Below are positions 1 through 9,854 of a stretch of 57,334 nucleotides of DNA, in pieces. The stretch covers positions 1 to 57,334 of the forward strand of contig JAHDFZ010000001.1 of assembly GCA_020627905.1 (NCBI GenBank). Direction: 5' to 3'. A program made the translations under genes and the position numbers. Every line of letters begins with the position of its first letter. Position 1 is the stretch's first letter. The notes beneath the pieces are model-generated. The model saw only the letters and a program-made list of their open reading frames with translations. It searched no databases and was not told the DNA's origin. The stretch comes from Verrucomicrobiota bacterium (GTDB lineage Bacteria; Verrucomicrobiota; Verrucomicrobiia; Verrucomicrobiales; DEV007).

Positions 1-36
1 GCCAGAGATTTGTTTTGGCAGGTGCTAGTCTCTGGA

Positions 37-717
37 TCATTCGCGGACTCCCTCTGATGGTTCGCTCGCGTTCAGCATCGCCACCATGAGATGACGCCCG
101 GTCTTACCTTCCTCTACGCGGTAGGAATAGTAGCGCTCGGTATCCGCCGCCGTGTTGATGCCGCAGTCGTGGATGTTGGCCGAGGCGATCCCGGCCGCAG
201 CGCAGTCCTCTCTAATCTGGCGAGCGAAGTCGATCTCGTAGGATGGAGGACGGATGCAGGGGGCGATCTGAATGACGAGATCTTCCGGGCGGGAGCAGTA
301 GCTTTCGGTCATTTTCGTGATCGCTGCCAGCACGATCTGTTTTTCTGTCCCCACTTTGCCGGAATGGACCACGGCGATGGCCTGCTTCACTGGATCGACG
401 AGAGTCACCGCTCCGCAGTCTGCCACCATGACAGCGATCGGCAGACCAGGCTGATCGGTCATCACCCCATCGGTCTCCGGCAGGCAGACGCCACGATCGG
501 AAGAGCCCACTACCTGAACGGCAGCTGAGTGCACCTGATCGCCATAGACAAGATCATTGAGGTTGATCTGCAATGTCGCCAGGCTCGAGCGGTAATGCCC
601 CTGCAGGCGTCGGATGGCCTCATCGCGCTCGCAATCGACATCGACGCTGGGACTTCTCAGCACAAATCCATGGCGGAGAAAGTCAAAAGCAGAGAGGGTG
701 GGATAGGTTTCGATCAT
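37..717 (-). CDS. YfiH/PgeF-family (laccase-domain) protein, purine nucleoside phosphorylase-like
   Basis: Motifs QVHS, ETDGVMTD, VADC, VVHSG and the C-terminal YYSYR..KTGR typical of YfiH/PgeF. Confidence 0.88.
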   Translation of the reverse strand: MIETYPTLSAFDFLRHGFVLRSPSVDVDCERDEAIRRLQGHYRSSLATLQINLNDLVYGDQVHSAAVQVVGSSDRGVCLPETDGVMTDQPGLPIAVMVADCGAVTLVDPVKQAIAVVHSGKVGTEKQIVLAAITKMTESYCSRPEDLVIQIAPCIRPPSYEIDFARQIREDCAAAGIASANIHDCGINTAADTERYYSYRVEEGKTGRHLMVAMLNASEPSEGVRE

Positions 718-857
718 CAGTTTCGGTCAGCAGGGAACCATGAAGCGTGGGCCGCCGCAAGACCCAAAAACCCTTTGGTCGACTGGATGGCACTGACTTG
801 CATAAGCAGGACCGCCCTCTACAGTTTCGCCCACTCCCGCCCATCATTTTTTCTCCT

Positions 858-2822
858 ATGCTTGCTATCGACCGAGTCTCTATCGAATACGGAGACCGCA
901 TACTTTTTCAGGATCTTTCCTTCACCGTGCGTGCCGGAGAACGCTGGGCGCTCGCAGGGCCGAATGGCGCGGGAAAGTCAACGTTGATGAAAATCATCGC
1001 GGGGATCGAGGAGCCGGATACCGGGGGCATCATCACCGCGAAGCAGACGACCATCGGTTACCTACCACAGGAAGGGGTTACCCATGCCGGCAGCACTGTC
1101 TTCGAGGAGGTCGCGACGGCATTTTCCGACGTCCAGCGCCTCCAGGCGCAGATGGAAGAGCTGGAGAAAGAACTGGATGCAGCAGATCCCCAGTCGGAAG
1201 CCTATGCAGACCTACTGGAGGTCTTCGGCGATGTGCAGCTGCGGCTCGATCATCACGACGTGAGCATGATGAAACCGAGGATCGCCACCGTCCTCGCCGG
1301 TCTGGGGTTCAGCGAGCGGGACCACGACCGGATGACCAATGAGTTCAGCGGAGGCTGGCAGATGCGGATCGCCCTTGCCAAGCTCCTCCTGGAGGAGCCC
1401 AGCGTCCTCCTGCTCGATGAGCCGACCAACCATCTGGACATCGAGACGGTGCAGTGGATCGAGCAATGGCTGCGCAACTATCAGGGTGCCATCCTCCTCA
1501 TCTCACACGATCGGAGCATGCTCGACAACCTGACCAACCGCACGATGGCCTTCGAAAACGGCAGTGTGCAGCGCTACTCAGGGAACTATTCCTTCTTTCT
1601 TTCTGAACGGGAAAAGCGCAAAGAGCAGGCTGAGCGAGCTCAGGCAAATCAGCAGCGGGAGATCGATCAGGCAGAGAAGCTGATTAATCGATTCCGCGCA
1701 AAAGCCAGTAAAGCGAAGATGGTTCAATCGCGCATTAAGCAGCTGGAAAAGATCGAACGGATCGAGCTGGAGCAGGATCTGGCTCAGATCGACTTCCGCT
1801 TTCCTCAGCCGGAGCGCAGCGGCCAGGTCGTCCTGAAGGCCGAAGGACTGCGGAAAGACTACGGCGAAAAGAAAGTCCTCGTGGGATTCGACCTGCAGAT
1901 TGACCGTGGGGATAAAGTCGCCATCGTCGGCGTCAATGGCGCCGGCAAGTCCACCTTCTCCCGGCTCGCGTGCGGCGCCGAAGAACCGACCGGAGGAGAA
2001 ATCGAGTTTGGCCACAAGGTCAGCGCCTCTTACTTTTCACAAACCCATGCGGACGAGCTGGCTCCCGATCGCACGGTCCTCGAAACCATGGAGGGGAGCG
2101 TCACCAGCGAAGCGGCAGGAAACCTACGCTCCATCCTTGGTGCATTCCTGTTTCGCGGTGACGATGTCTTCAAGCAGGTAGGCGTGCTCTCCGGAGGGGA
2201 GCGGGGTCGCCTGGCCCTCGCGAGGATGCTTCTGCAACCGGCGAACTTTCTCATTCTCGATGAGCCGACAAACCACCTCGACCTGCAATCGCAGGAAGTC
2301 TTGCAGCGAGCGCTCAATGATTACTCAGGATCCGTGTTGATCGTTTCGCACAACCGCTCCTTTCTCGATCCCGTCGTCAACAAGGTGCTGGAGTTCCTCC
2401 CTGGCGAGCCACCGAAACTTTTCTATGGGAATGTTAGCGACTATCTGGAGAAAAAGCAGCGGGATCTGAAAGCGGCTGCCAGTGCGACTGCAAGCTCCAG
2501 CTCCTCTGCGCAGAAAACGGATGGTGGTAGCAAGGTGTCACGCAAGGAAGAACGCAAACGCGAGGCGCAGGAGCGTCAGGCACGAGCGAAAAAGCTCAAA
2601 CCGCTGGAGGACGAACTGGAGACAGTGGAGGGCACCATCAGCTCGCTGGAAGAAGAAAAGCAGAAGCTCGCCACTGCCATGAGCGATCCCGAGTTGTTCA
2701 AAGACTCAGAGAAAGCGACTAGCGCCGCCCAGCGTCTCAGCGAAGCAGAGACCGAACTACAGGCAGCCTACAGCCGCTGGAGCGAGATCAGTGATGAGAT
2801 AGAGAAGCTCACCGGCGAGTAG
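858..2822 (+). CDS. ABC-F family ATPase (translation factor-like, YheS/YbiT/Uup type)
   Basis: Two ABC cassettes (GPNGAGKST, FSGGW, LLLDEPTNHLD; GVNGAGKST, LSGGE, LILDEPTNHLD), no TM segments, C-terminal coiled coil; start moved to ATG 858. Confidence 0.93.
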   Translation: MLAIDRVSIEYGDRILFQDLSFTVRAGERWALAGPNGAGKSTLMKIIAGIEEPDTGGIITAKQTTIGYLPQEGVTHAGSTVFEEVATAFSDVQRLQAQMEELEKELDAADPQSEAYADLLEVFGDVQLRLDHHDVSMMKPRIATVLAGLGFSERDHDRMTNEFSGGWQMRIALAKLLLEEPSVLLLDEPTNHLDIETVQWIEQWLRNYQGAILLISHDRSMLDNLTNRTMAFENGSVQRYSGNYSFFLSEREKRKEQAERAQANQQREIDQAEKLINRFRAKASKAKMVQSRIKQLEKIERIELEQDLAQIDFRFPQPERSGQVVLKAEGLRKDYGEKKVLVGFDLQIDRGDKVAIVGVNGAGKSTFSRLACGAEEPTGGEIEFGHKVSASYFSQTHADELAPDRTVLETMEGSVTSEAAGNLRSILGAFLFRGDDVFKQVGVLSGGERGRLALARMLLQPANFLILDEPTNHLDLQSQEVLQRALNDYSGSVLIVSHNRSFLDPVVNKVLEFLPGEPPKLFYGNVSDYLEKKQRDLKAAASATASSSSSAQKTDGGSKVSRKEERKREAQERQARAKKLKPLEDELETVEGTISSLEEEKQKLATAMSDPELFKDSEKATSAAQRLSEAETELQAAYSRWSEISDEIEKLTGE

Positions 2823-2826
2823 ACCA

Positions 2827-4320
2827 CTAGGCGATCAGATCCTTCACAACGTGAGCCTCTTCCACACCAGTTAAGCGTTGATTCAGGCCTCGGAATTTGA
2901 AGGTGAAGCGTCCGTGATCGATCCCTAGCAGCCGTAGGATCGTAGCGTTCAGATCGCGGATGTGCACCGGATTCTCATCAATGTTATAGGCGTAGTCGTC
3001 AGTCTTACCATAGTCATAACCGGCCTTCACACCGCCGCCAGCCATCCAGGTCGTGAAGCAGCGCCCATGGTGATCACGGCCGGCTGTAGGTGCTCCCAGC
3101 TTACCCTGGCTGTAGACCGTGCGACCAAATTCGCCGCCCCACACGACGAGGGTATCATCGAGCATCCCGTGGCTTTTGAGATCTTTTACGAGAGCAGCAC
3201 TCGCCTGGTCCACATCCTGACACTGACGCGGAAGCTGCTTGCCGATGGAGACATGCTGGTCCCAACCCCGGTGAAAGAGCTGGATAAAGCGCACACCCCG
3301 CTGAGCCATGCGTCGCGCCATCAGGCAGTTCGCCGCAAAAGTGCCGGGACGTCGCGCTTCCTCGCCGTAAAGCTTGAAGGTAGACTCCGGCTCATCGGAA
3401 AGATCCGTAAGATCCGGCACGGATGTCTGCATCCGATAAGCCATCTCATAGGCTTCGATTCGAGCCAACGTTTCAGGATCGCCAGCCGCCTCGGCATGTT
3501 GCTGATTTAGATTACCCAGCGTATCGAGAAGATTCCGCCGAGCATCGGAGGAGACCCCATTTGGGTTCTGCAGATAAAGAACCGGGTTGGCTCCAGGCCG
3601 GAGCATCACTCCCTGGTGACTGGATGGGAGATATCCACTCCCCCAGAGTCGTGAAAAAAGAGGCTGACCGGGATTTTTGCCCGTGCCCTGACTGAGCAGC
3701 ACCATGTAAGCGGGGAAGTTCTCGTTCTCGCGACCCAGGCCATAACTGAGCCAGGCACCCATAGAGGCATGCCCCATCTGCTGAGAACCCGTATTGATGT
3801 AGGTAACACCAGGGTCGTGGTTGATGGCCTCGGTCCACATCGAGCGGACGATGGTCATCTCATCGGCGATCGTCTGGATATTTGGAATGAGGTTCCCCAT
3901 CCACGTCCCGTGCTGACCACAGCGCTTCCCTCCCCACATCGCCTTGACGACTGGGAAGCTCGACTGCTTTGCCGTCATTCCGGTCAGGCGCTGATTCCCC
4001 CGCACGGAGTCCGGCAGATCGCTGCCGTGGTTCTTATCGAGAAAATCTTTACCGTCGAACAAATCAACGTGGCTCGGACCGCCTGACTGAAAGAGATAAA
4101 TCACTCGCTTCGCTTTCGGGGCGAAATGCGGTAACCCGGGAAGCCCGCCCCCCGTCCCTGGGAGAAAACTCGGCGTAGCAGCTGCCGAAGCAGTTCCACC
4201 CAGCATCTCCGACAGCGCGATACCACCCAGGCCAGCTGCAGTTTTTCCAAAAAGGGATCGCCGAGTCAGCAGCTGCTGACGGCTTTCCGCAAAAGTCTGG
4301 TCAATAGAAGTTCGTGTCAT
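2827..4320 (-). CDS. DUF1501 domain protein, Tat-exported
   Basis: Tat-like TRRSLF; [32 protein letters not shown] and GRDHH motifs. Confidence 0.9.
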   Translation of the reverse strand: MTRTSIDQTFAESRQQLLTRRSLFGKTAAGLGGIALSEMLGGTASAAATPSFLPGTGGGLPGLPHFAPKAKRVIYLFQSGGPSHVDLFDGKDFLDKNHGSDLPDSVRGNQRLTGMTAKQSSFPVVKAMWGGKRCGQHGTWMGNLIPNIQTIADEMTIVRSMWTEAINHDPGVTYINTGSQQMGHASMGAWLSYGLGRENENFPAYMVLLSQGTGKNPGQPLFSRLWGSGYLPSSHQGVMLRPGANPVLYLQNPNGVSSDARRNLLDTLGNLNQQHAEAAGDPETLARIEAYEMAYRMQTSVPDLTDLSDEPESTFKLYGEEARRPGTFAANCLMARRMAQRGVRFIQLFHRGWDQHVSIGKQLPRQCQDVDQASAALVKDLKSHGMLDDTLVVWGGEFGRTVYSQGKLGAPTAGRDHHGRCFTTWMAGGGVKAGYDYGKTDDYAYNIDENPVHIRDLNATILRLLGIDHGRFTFKFRGLNQRLTGVEEAHVVKDLIA

Positions 4321-4332
4321 GATAGGTATGAA

Positions 4333-5667
4333 TTAAGGGTTGGCGGTGGGAATGGGAAATTCCTGATCGAGAATTTCCGTGAGGCGGGCAACCACCCCAG
4401 GGTTTTGCTTAGAAAGGTCGTTCTCCTCCCATGGGTCCTCGCCTACATGGAAGAGTTGCTGTTGTGCAGTGTCCCAGGTATGGACCTTTTTGAATCGCGT
4501 TTCATCGCGGCCGTCGTGGCGACGCAGATACTTCCAGTCACCGGATCGCACCCAGGTGTATTGAAGGGTGTCGAAGGGTTCGCTCAGATCAATCCCCTGA
4601 ATGGCATAAGATGCCCCACAGACTTCTTCCCGGTTTTCCTTAAGCAGATTGATTCCAGGAAGGGACTCCGGCTGCTGAATCTGAAGCAGGTCAAGAATCG
4701 TTGGCAGAAGGTCGAGCGAACTGGCCAGCTCACGACTGCGTCCCGGCTCAATGGCTCCCGGCAGCGAAAAGAGGAAGGGGGTGCGAATACCAAGCTCGTA
4801 AGGCGATCCTTTCGACTTCGGCGCGTATTTCTGGTCCCAATCTTCCGGCAGGGGCATCCGGCTGGCATCGGCAGCCGCCCAGCCATTGTCACAGGCATAG
4901 ACAATCAGAGTGTTATCTCGCAGCCCACGCTCGTCCAGCATCTCCAGCAACTGCCCACAGGTCTCATCAAACCACTCGCACATGGCATAGTAAGCAGCCG
5001 TTCCCGGACTCACTCCTGGCTGGCTATATTTCTCCAGGAGCTCCTGTGGTGGATTATGTGGAGTGTGAGGAAGGAATGGTGCATACCATAGGAAAAAGGG
5101 TTTGTCGGCGGAAGCGGAGTCCAGAAATGATGCTACGGGTTCGAGGCCATTGCGGCCTATCCCCAGCCCTCTGTCGCCATGTCGACCACCTTTTACAGGA
5201 TCGCCGTGAGTCATCCCATCAGAGAAGCCCCCCTCTTCCCACGACCCTTCCCACCACTTCCCCGTCTGGAAGGACTGATACCCCTCGGCTGCCAGGATCG
5301 AGACGAGGTTTTCGTGCTGAAAAAAAGCTTCGCGGAGCGGCTTGTCCTGTCGCTCCCGCGCAGCCTTTCGTGCGCTTCCCGTGACATCGTTCCCGGTGAT
5401 CCCATGCACGTGAGGGTGAACCCCAGTCAGGATCGATGCGATGGAAGGCCGGCAGAGCGGAGAGACCACATAGCCCTTTTCAAAAACCAATGACTGCTCC
5501 GCCAATTGATCGAGATGGGGCGTCTCGACGATTTCATGCCCCATAAACCCATAGTCCTCCCAACCCTGATCATCGGAGAGAATGAGCAGAACGTTTGGCC
5601 TCTCAGCAGCTGAAAGCGCAGCCACTGAAAGGGAAGAAAGAAAAATGAGGATCGGGAGAAACCGCAT
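4333..5667 (-). CDS. Secreted formylglycine-type (S1) sulfatase family protein
   Basis: Signal peptide; RPNVLLILSDDQG, CRPSIASILTG, GKW, PHTP, DNG and K.SPYELGIRTP motifs. Confidence 0.88.
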   Translation of the reverse strand: MRFLPILIFLSSLSVAALSAAERPNVLLILSDDQGWEDYGFMGHEIVETPHLDQLAEQSLVFEKGYVVSPLCRPSIASILTGVHPHVHGITGNDVTGSARKAARERQDKPLREAFFQHENLVSILAAEGYQSFQTGKWWEGSWEEGGFSDGMTHGDPVKGGRHGDRGLGIGRNGLEPVASFLDSASADKPFFLWYAPFLPHTPHNPPQELLEKYSQPGVSPGTAAYYAMCEWFDETCGQLLEMLDERGLRDNTLIVYACDNGWAAADASRMPLPEDWDQKYAPKSKGSPYELGIRTPFLFSLPGAIEPGRSRELASSLDLLPTILDLLQIQQPESLPGINLLKENREEVCGASYAIQGIDLSEPFDTLQYTWVRSGDWKYLRRHDGRDETRFKKVHTWDTAQQQLFHVGEDPWEENDLSKQNPGVVARLTEILDQEFPIPTANP

Positions 5668-5671
5668 CAGA

Positions 5672-8600
5672 TTAATTTCGCGTCAGTGTCTCACTAAGAT
5701 TCATCACAAGTGCCACAAGCTGAGTCCAGGCAGCCAGCTCCTCTGCCGCGACCGGCTGCACTACCGGGGACTCTCCGACAGAGATGACGCCAAGGGCATC
5801 GAGCGGAGCATCGCGAAAACGCTTACGCTCTTCTGTCAGAAATCCTGAAAGTGTCGTGAACTCACTCTCTGTAGCTGCGCGGCTAAGCATCAGGCTGAAG
5901 ACCTTGTCAACGCGCGCCCGATCAGCCGTTAGAGACTCATCAGCCATCACCCGTGCCGCGAGGACACGAGCTGCCTCGGCAAACTGTGGATCGTTCAGAG
6001 TCACCAGAGCCTGGAGAGGAGTATTCGTCACGCCGCGCTCTGTGATGCACATTTCCCGATTGGGAGCATCGAACGCTGCCATGGCAGGGTGTGGACTGGT
6101 GCGCTTGACCACGCTGTAGAGCGAGCGGCGATAGAGCTTCTCTCCCTTATCCTGCACGAACACCTGCAGAGTCGCCGGAGTGGAGCCGAAGTGGCTGACT
6201 TCTTTCCACAATCCTGCCGGCTGATAGGGCTGAACACTGGGGCCTCCGATACGGGGGACCAGAAGGCCGCTCGTCGCGAGCGCCTGATCCCGCACGAACT
6301 CGGCAGCTAGACGGAAACGAGGACCGCGCGCCAGCAATCGGTTCTGGGGATCTAACTCCATCAGCTCTGGAGAGACTTCTGACGACTGGCGATAAGTGCG
6401 CGTCGAGACCAGCTTGCGGATCAGTTCCTTCTGGTCCCAACCGGACGCCATGAAGTCTGCCGCCAACCAATCGAGCAACTCAGGGTGGCTGGGCCACTCA
6501 CCCTGCGATCCGAAGTCTGCCGTCGTGCTGACGATCCCTTTACCGAAGAAGATCTGCCAGATCCGGTTCACCGCCACCCGAGCGGTCAGAGGGTTGTCGT
6601 CTCTTGTCATCCAGTTTGCCAAGTGGAGGCGATTCGCTCGACCTTCGGCACTCATTGCAGGGAGAACGGCAGGCACACCAGGAGACACTTCATCAGTTGG
6701 TGAGTCGTATTGCCCACGATCCAGAATGAATGTGGAGCGCGGTTTCGGCGCAGTATCCATCACGAGAGTGTTGTGAGGCTCAGTGAGGACTTTCAGCCGA
6801 TCCTCAAGGTTTGCCAGACGGATGCGCTCGCGCTCCAGTTGAGGTGCCTCGCTACGGAACACCTCCATCAAAGATGCGCGCTCCTCAGCCGTCCACTCCT
6901 CTGGAGCTTTTGCGATCAGGCTGCTGATTATTGGATCAAAGCGGCTCGTCTCATCGACGCCGGAAAAGGCCTCGATCGACCAGTGATAGGCGATCGCTCG
7001 CGCCGTCCCATAGAAAAGCAGCACCGAGAGGTAGGGATTCTCCCGGGTATCAATCGGTTCCGCAAAGCTAATATTGAGGATCGGAGCCTTGTCATCCAGA
7101 GATGGTGTCCACCACCCGATATTGCGCTGATCAAGAACATGGGCTGGCTCGTGCTGAGGCTGAAAACTCGATGCCGTGACCCGATTAAAGATGATCTCGT
7201 TGTGAAACTCGACCTGCTTGGAGGGTTGGGAACCAGCAGATGCGAGAACTGTCGTCAGCTTGGGCATTTCGCCGTCAAAGTGGGAAATCTTCCCACTTTC
7301 GCCGTAGGGATGAAATCTGACGCGGATTCCATTGATCATCTGATCGGCGGGAAGTTTCAGGCTGTGGCTCATTGCAGCTCTACCGGCTTTGTTGGGCTCT
7401 GCCAGCAGGACTGAGTTGTCCTCCTGCATTTCGAACGGCCCCGGGCGATTCGGCGCAGAAACATCCAGCAATTCCATCGGAAAGCTTGCGAACTGCTCGC
7501 CCAGGCGGCGTTCCTCGCTCTTCACCTGAGACAGCCAATTCTCGAATCCTTCCGAAGTGTTCTCAAGGGTGTTTCGAAGAGCCGCAATTTCTTCCTGTAG
7601 GGCACCTATTTCATCTTTCGGCACATTCGTTACGGCGTTGAAATTAGGCTTCGCATTCACCCCGGCGTTCCCATCCAGACCTTTATCGGACAACTCGTTG
7701 AAGAAGGCGAAAAACTCGTAGTATTCTTTAATCGAAATGGGATCGTATTTGTGATCATGGCACTGCGCGCAGGACATCGTGAGCCCTAAGAAGACCTCAC
7801 TGGTTGTCTTAACTCTGTCAGCCGTGTAGTTCGTTAGGTTTTCCTCCGGGATCGTCCCCCCTTCATGAGTGATCATGTGGTTCCGATTGAACCCTGTCGC
7901 GACGATCTGCTGCGGAGTGGCATCGGGAAGTAAGTCACCAGCCACTTGCTCTGTCAGAAACTGGTCGAAGGGCATGTTTTCGTTGTAGGCCTGGATCACC
8001 CAGTCTCTCCACAACCACATGTGTCGCCCGCCATCGATCGAATAACCGTTAGTATCAGCATAGCGCGCCTGGTCCAGCCAGGGCACCGCCATGCGCTCAC
8101 CAAAGTGAGGTGATGCTAGCAGGCGATCAATAGCACGCTGCCAGGTAGCTTCAGAGTCTTCCTGGTAAGCGAGCACGAAGGAATCGACCTCCGCTCTCGT
8201 CGGGGGCAGTCCTGTAAGATCAAATGTCAGACGACGAATGAGCGTTTCGGGTGCTGCCTCTTCAGTGAAATCCAGCCCCTCCTGTAGCAGGCGATCGTGG
8301 ATGAATCCATCAATGACGTTGCTTTCCGCGACCTTGGAACCCGGAGTCGCGCGCTCCGGCTGCTCGTAGGCCCAGTGCCCCTCATAAGGCGCCCCCTGCT
8401 CAATCCAGCGGCGAATCAGATCCTTCTGCTCATCTGTCAGCACGAGATGACTCTCCGGCGGAGGCATGAGTTCGTCTGGGTCATCGGAGATGATTCGCCA
8501 CCACGCCTCACTGCCTTCCACGTCTCCGGGCACGATGGCAATCGTGCCACCCAGATCCATGGTCGCGCCCTCCAGGGTGTCCATGCGCAGGTCTGCCCGA

Positions 8601-9232
8601 CGCCCATGTTCATCCGGGCCATGACAATGGAAACAGGTTTCAGAGAGGATCGATCTTATGTCGCGATTGAATTTAATTTCATCCTGAGCCGAAACGGCGA
8701 CTGGGGGTTTCTCTTTCAGACTCGGATGCTGGACAGAGCCCGTGGATTGGATGCTTTTCCACTGATCCACACCATCTGGACCCTCGGTGACAGACGCCAG
8801 GAGGATGGGTTCAGATGCTGCTGCCTCTTTAGGTGCCGGAGCACTCTCAACCACTGGAACAGATTCCCGCTGTTCGCTCTCTAAGTCAGCGAGCTCAGTC
8901 TCTTCATCAGCGCCACCGCCAAAGCTCGCAATGAGAGCGATCGCTGCGGCAATACTGCCACCGAGCGCCCAGGTGCCCGCGTGGGCTTTCCGACTTGGTT
9001 TCCGTGTGGCAACGGGACTGCCTCCCAATTCCCTGACCGCACCCGTAAGCGATGCGGGAAAATCATCCTGCGATGCCGTGAGCCATGTATCGAGGGCGCA
9101 ATGATCGAGATATCGATCGAGCGCCTCCGGATTCTCCTTCAGGAGTTCACGAAACTCCTGCGCTTCTGACTCTGATAATTCACGCTCGGAGATGAGCGCA
9201 ACAAACTCATCGAGTTCTTCTACCTTTTTCAT
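5672..9232 (-). CDS. Planctomycete-type cytochrome c + DUF1549 + DUF1553 (PSD1) protein with an anti-sigma-like N-terminal domain and TM helix
   Basis: FNRDIRSILSETCFHCHGPD...MPP (PSCyt1-like); WLDQARYADTNG and CAQCHDHKYDP (DUF1549); NPLTARVAVNRIWQ, PSHPELLDWLA and TNTPLQAL (DUF1553). Confidence 0.88.
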   Translation of the reverse strand: MKKVEELDEFVALISERELSESEAQEFRELLKENPEALDRYLDHCALDTWLTASQDDFPASLTGAVRELGGSPVATRKPSRKAHAGTWALGGSIAAAIALIASFGGGADEETELADLESEQRESVPVVESAPAPKEAAASEPILLASVTEGPDGVDQWKSIQSTGSVQHPSLKEKPPVAVSAQDEIKFNRDIRSILSETCFHCHGPDEHGRRADLRMDTLEGATMDLGGTIAIVPGDVEGSEAWWRIISDDPDELMPPPESHLVLTDEQKDLIRRWIEQGAPYEGHWAYEQPERATPGSKVAESNVIDGFIHDRLLQEGLDFTEEAAPETLIRRLTFDLTGLPPTRAEVDSFVLAYQEDSEATWQRAIDRLLASPHFGERMAVPWLDQARYADTNGYSIDGGRHMWLWRDWVIQAYNENMPFDQFLTEQVAGDLLPDATPQQIVATGFNRNHMITHEGGTIPEENLTNYTADRVKTTSEVFLGLTMSCAQCHDHKYDPISIKEYYEFFAFFNELSDKGLDGNAGVNAKPNFNAVTNVPKDEIGALQEEIAALRNTLENTSEGFENWLSQVKSEERRLGEQFASFPMELLDVSAPNRPGPFEMQEDNSVLLAEPNKAGRAAMSHSLKLPADQMINGIRVRFHPYGESGKISHFDGEMPKLTTVLASAGSQPSKQVEFHNEIIFNRVTASSFQPQHEPAHVLDQRNIGWWTPSLDDKAPILNISFAEPIDTRENPYLSVLLFYGTARAIAYHWSIEAFSGVDETSRFDPIISSLIAKAPEEWTAEERASLMEVFRSEAPQLERERIRLANLEDRLKVLTEPHNTLVMDTAPKPRSTFILDRGQYDSPTDEVSPGVPAVLPAMSAEGRANRLHLANWMTRDDNPLTARVAVNRIWQIFFGKGIVSTTADFGSQGEWPSHPELLDWLAADFMASGWDQKELIRKLVSTRTYRQSSEVSPELMELDPQNRLLARGPRFRLAAEFVRDQALATSGLLVPRIGGPSVQPYQPAGLWKEVSHFGSTPATLQVFVQDKGEKLYRRSLYSVVKRTSPHPAMAAFDAPNREMCITERGVTNTPLQALVTLNDPQFAEAARVLAARVMADESLTADRARVDKVFSLMLSRAATESEFTTLSGFLTEERKRFRDAPLDALGVISVGESPVVQPVAAEELAAWTQLVALVMNLSETLTRN

Positions 9233-9257
9233 CAATTTCTTCTCGTCTTAAATTCTG

Positions 9258-9806
9258 TTAAATATCCCAACGGGCATCGGTTAGAGCCTTTTTCTTCGTG
9301 CAGGCTAGCAGGTTCTGGCGAGCTCTATGCAGAAGCTGCCCAATAGCGTTTCGCTTGCGTTTGCGCTGGGTCGCGATGCTCTCGAGGCTTTCACCATCCA
9401 TGTAAAAGGACTGGACGACATCGCGCTGGGACTCGGGGAGTTCGCCCATGCAGAGCTGCAGGACACGACGCTGCCGCTGCTTCTCTGCTTCTCGTTCATC
9501 CGACCGGGACTCAACAAGTCTCTCCAGATCCTCATCGAGGAGCGGCTGCATGAAACGTCGACTACCGCTGCGGAGCGAGTTCAGGTAATGATTGCGAGCG
9601 ATTGTCCGCAGCCATGAAACGAAGGAGCTACCTTTCTGAAAGTCAGCTCGCTTCTCCCAGGCAGTCAGATTGGCACCCTGCAGGAGATCCCGTGCGTCAT
9701 GAATGTTCCCAGTCAACTGCACCAGGTAACCCAGCACCGGCACTTGCGAAGAGCGCAGCTGCTCTTCAAAGCCGGCATTATCAGAAGCTATAGAATCCGT
9801 CACCAC
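9258..9806 (-). CDS. ECF sigma-70 factor (Rhodopirellula/Verrucomicrobium-type)
   Basis: Region 2 DARDLLQ..NLTAWEKRADF..GSSFVSWLRTIAR; region 4 LPESQRDVV..FY..G.SLESIA....LHRARQNL. Confidence 0.88.
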   Translation of the reverse strand: MVTDSIASDNAGFEEQLRSSQVPVLGYLVQLTGNIHDARDLLQGANLTAWEKRADFQKGSSFVSWLRTIARNHYLNSLRSGSRRFMQPLLDEDLERLVESRSDEREAEKQRQRRVLQLCMGELPESQRDVVQSFYMDGESLESIATQRKRKRNAIGQLLHRARQNLLACTKKKALTDARWDI

Positions 9807-9854
9807 ATAAAGGAATGTAATGAGAAAATTCTATTTTATGGAGCATTTTCCCGA

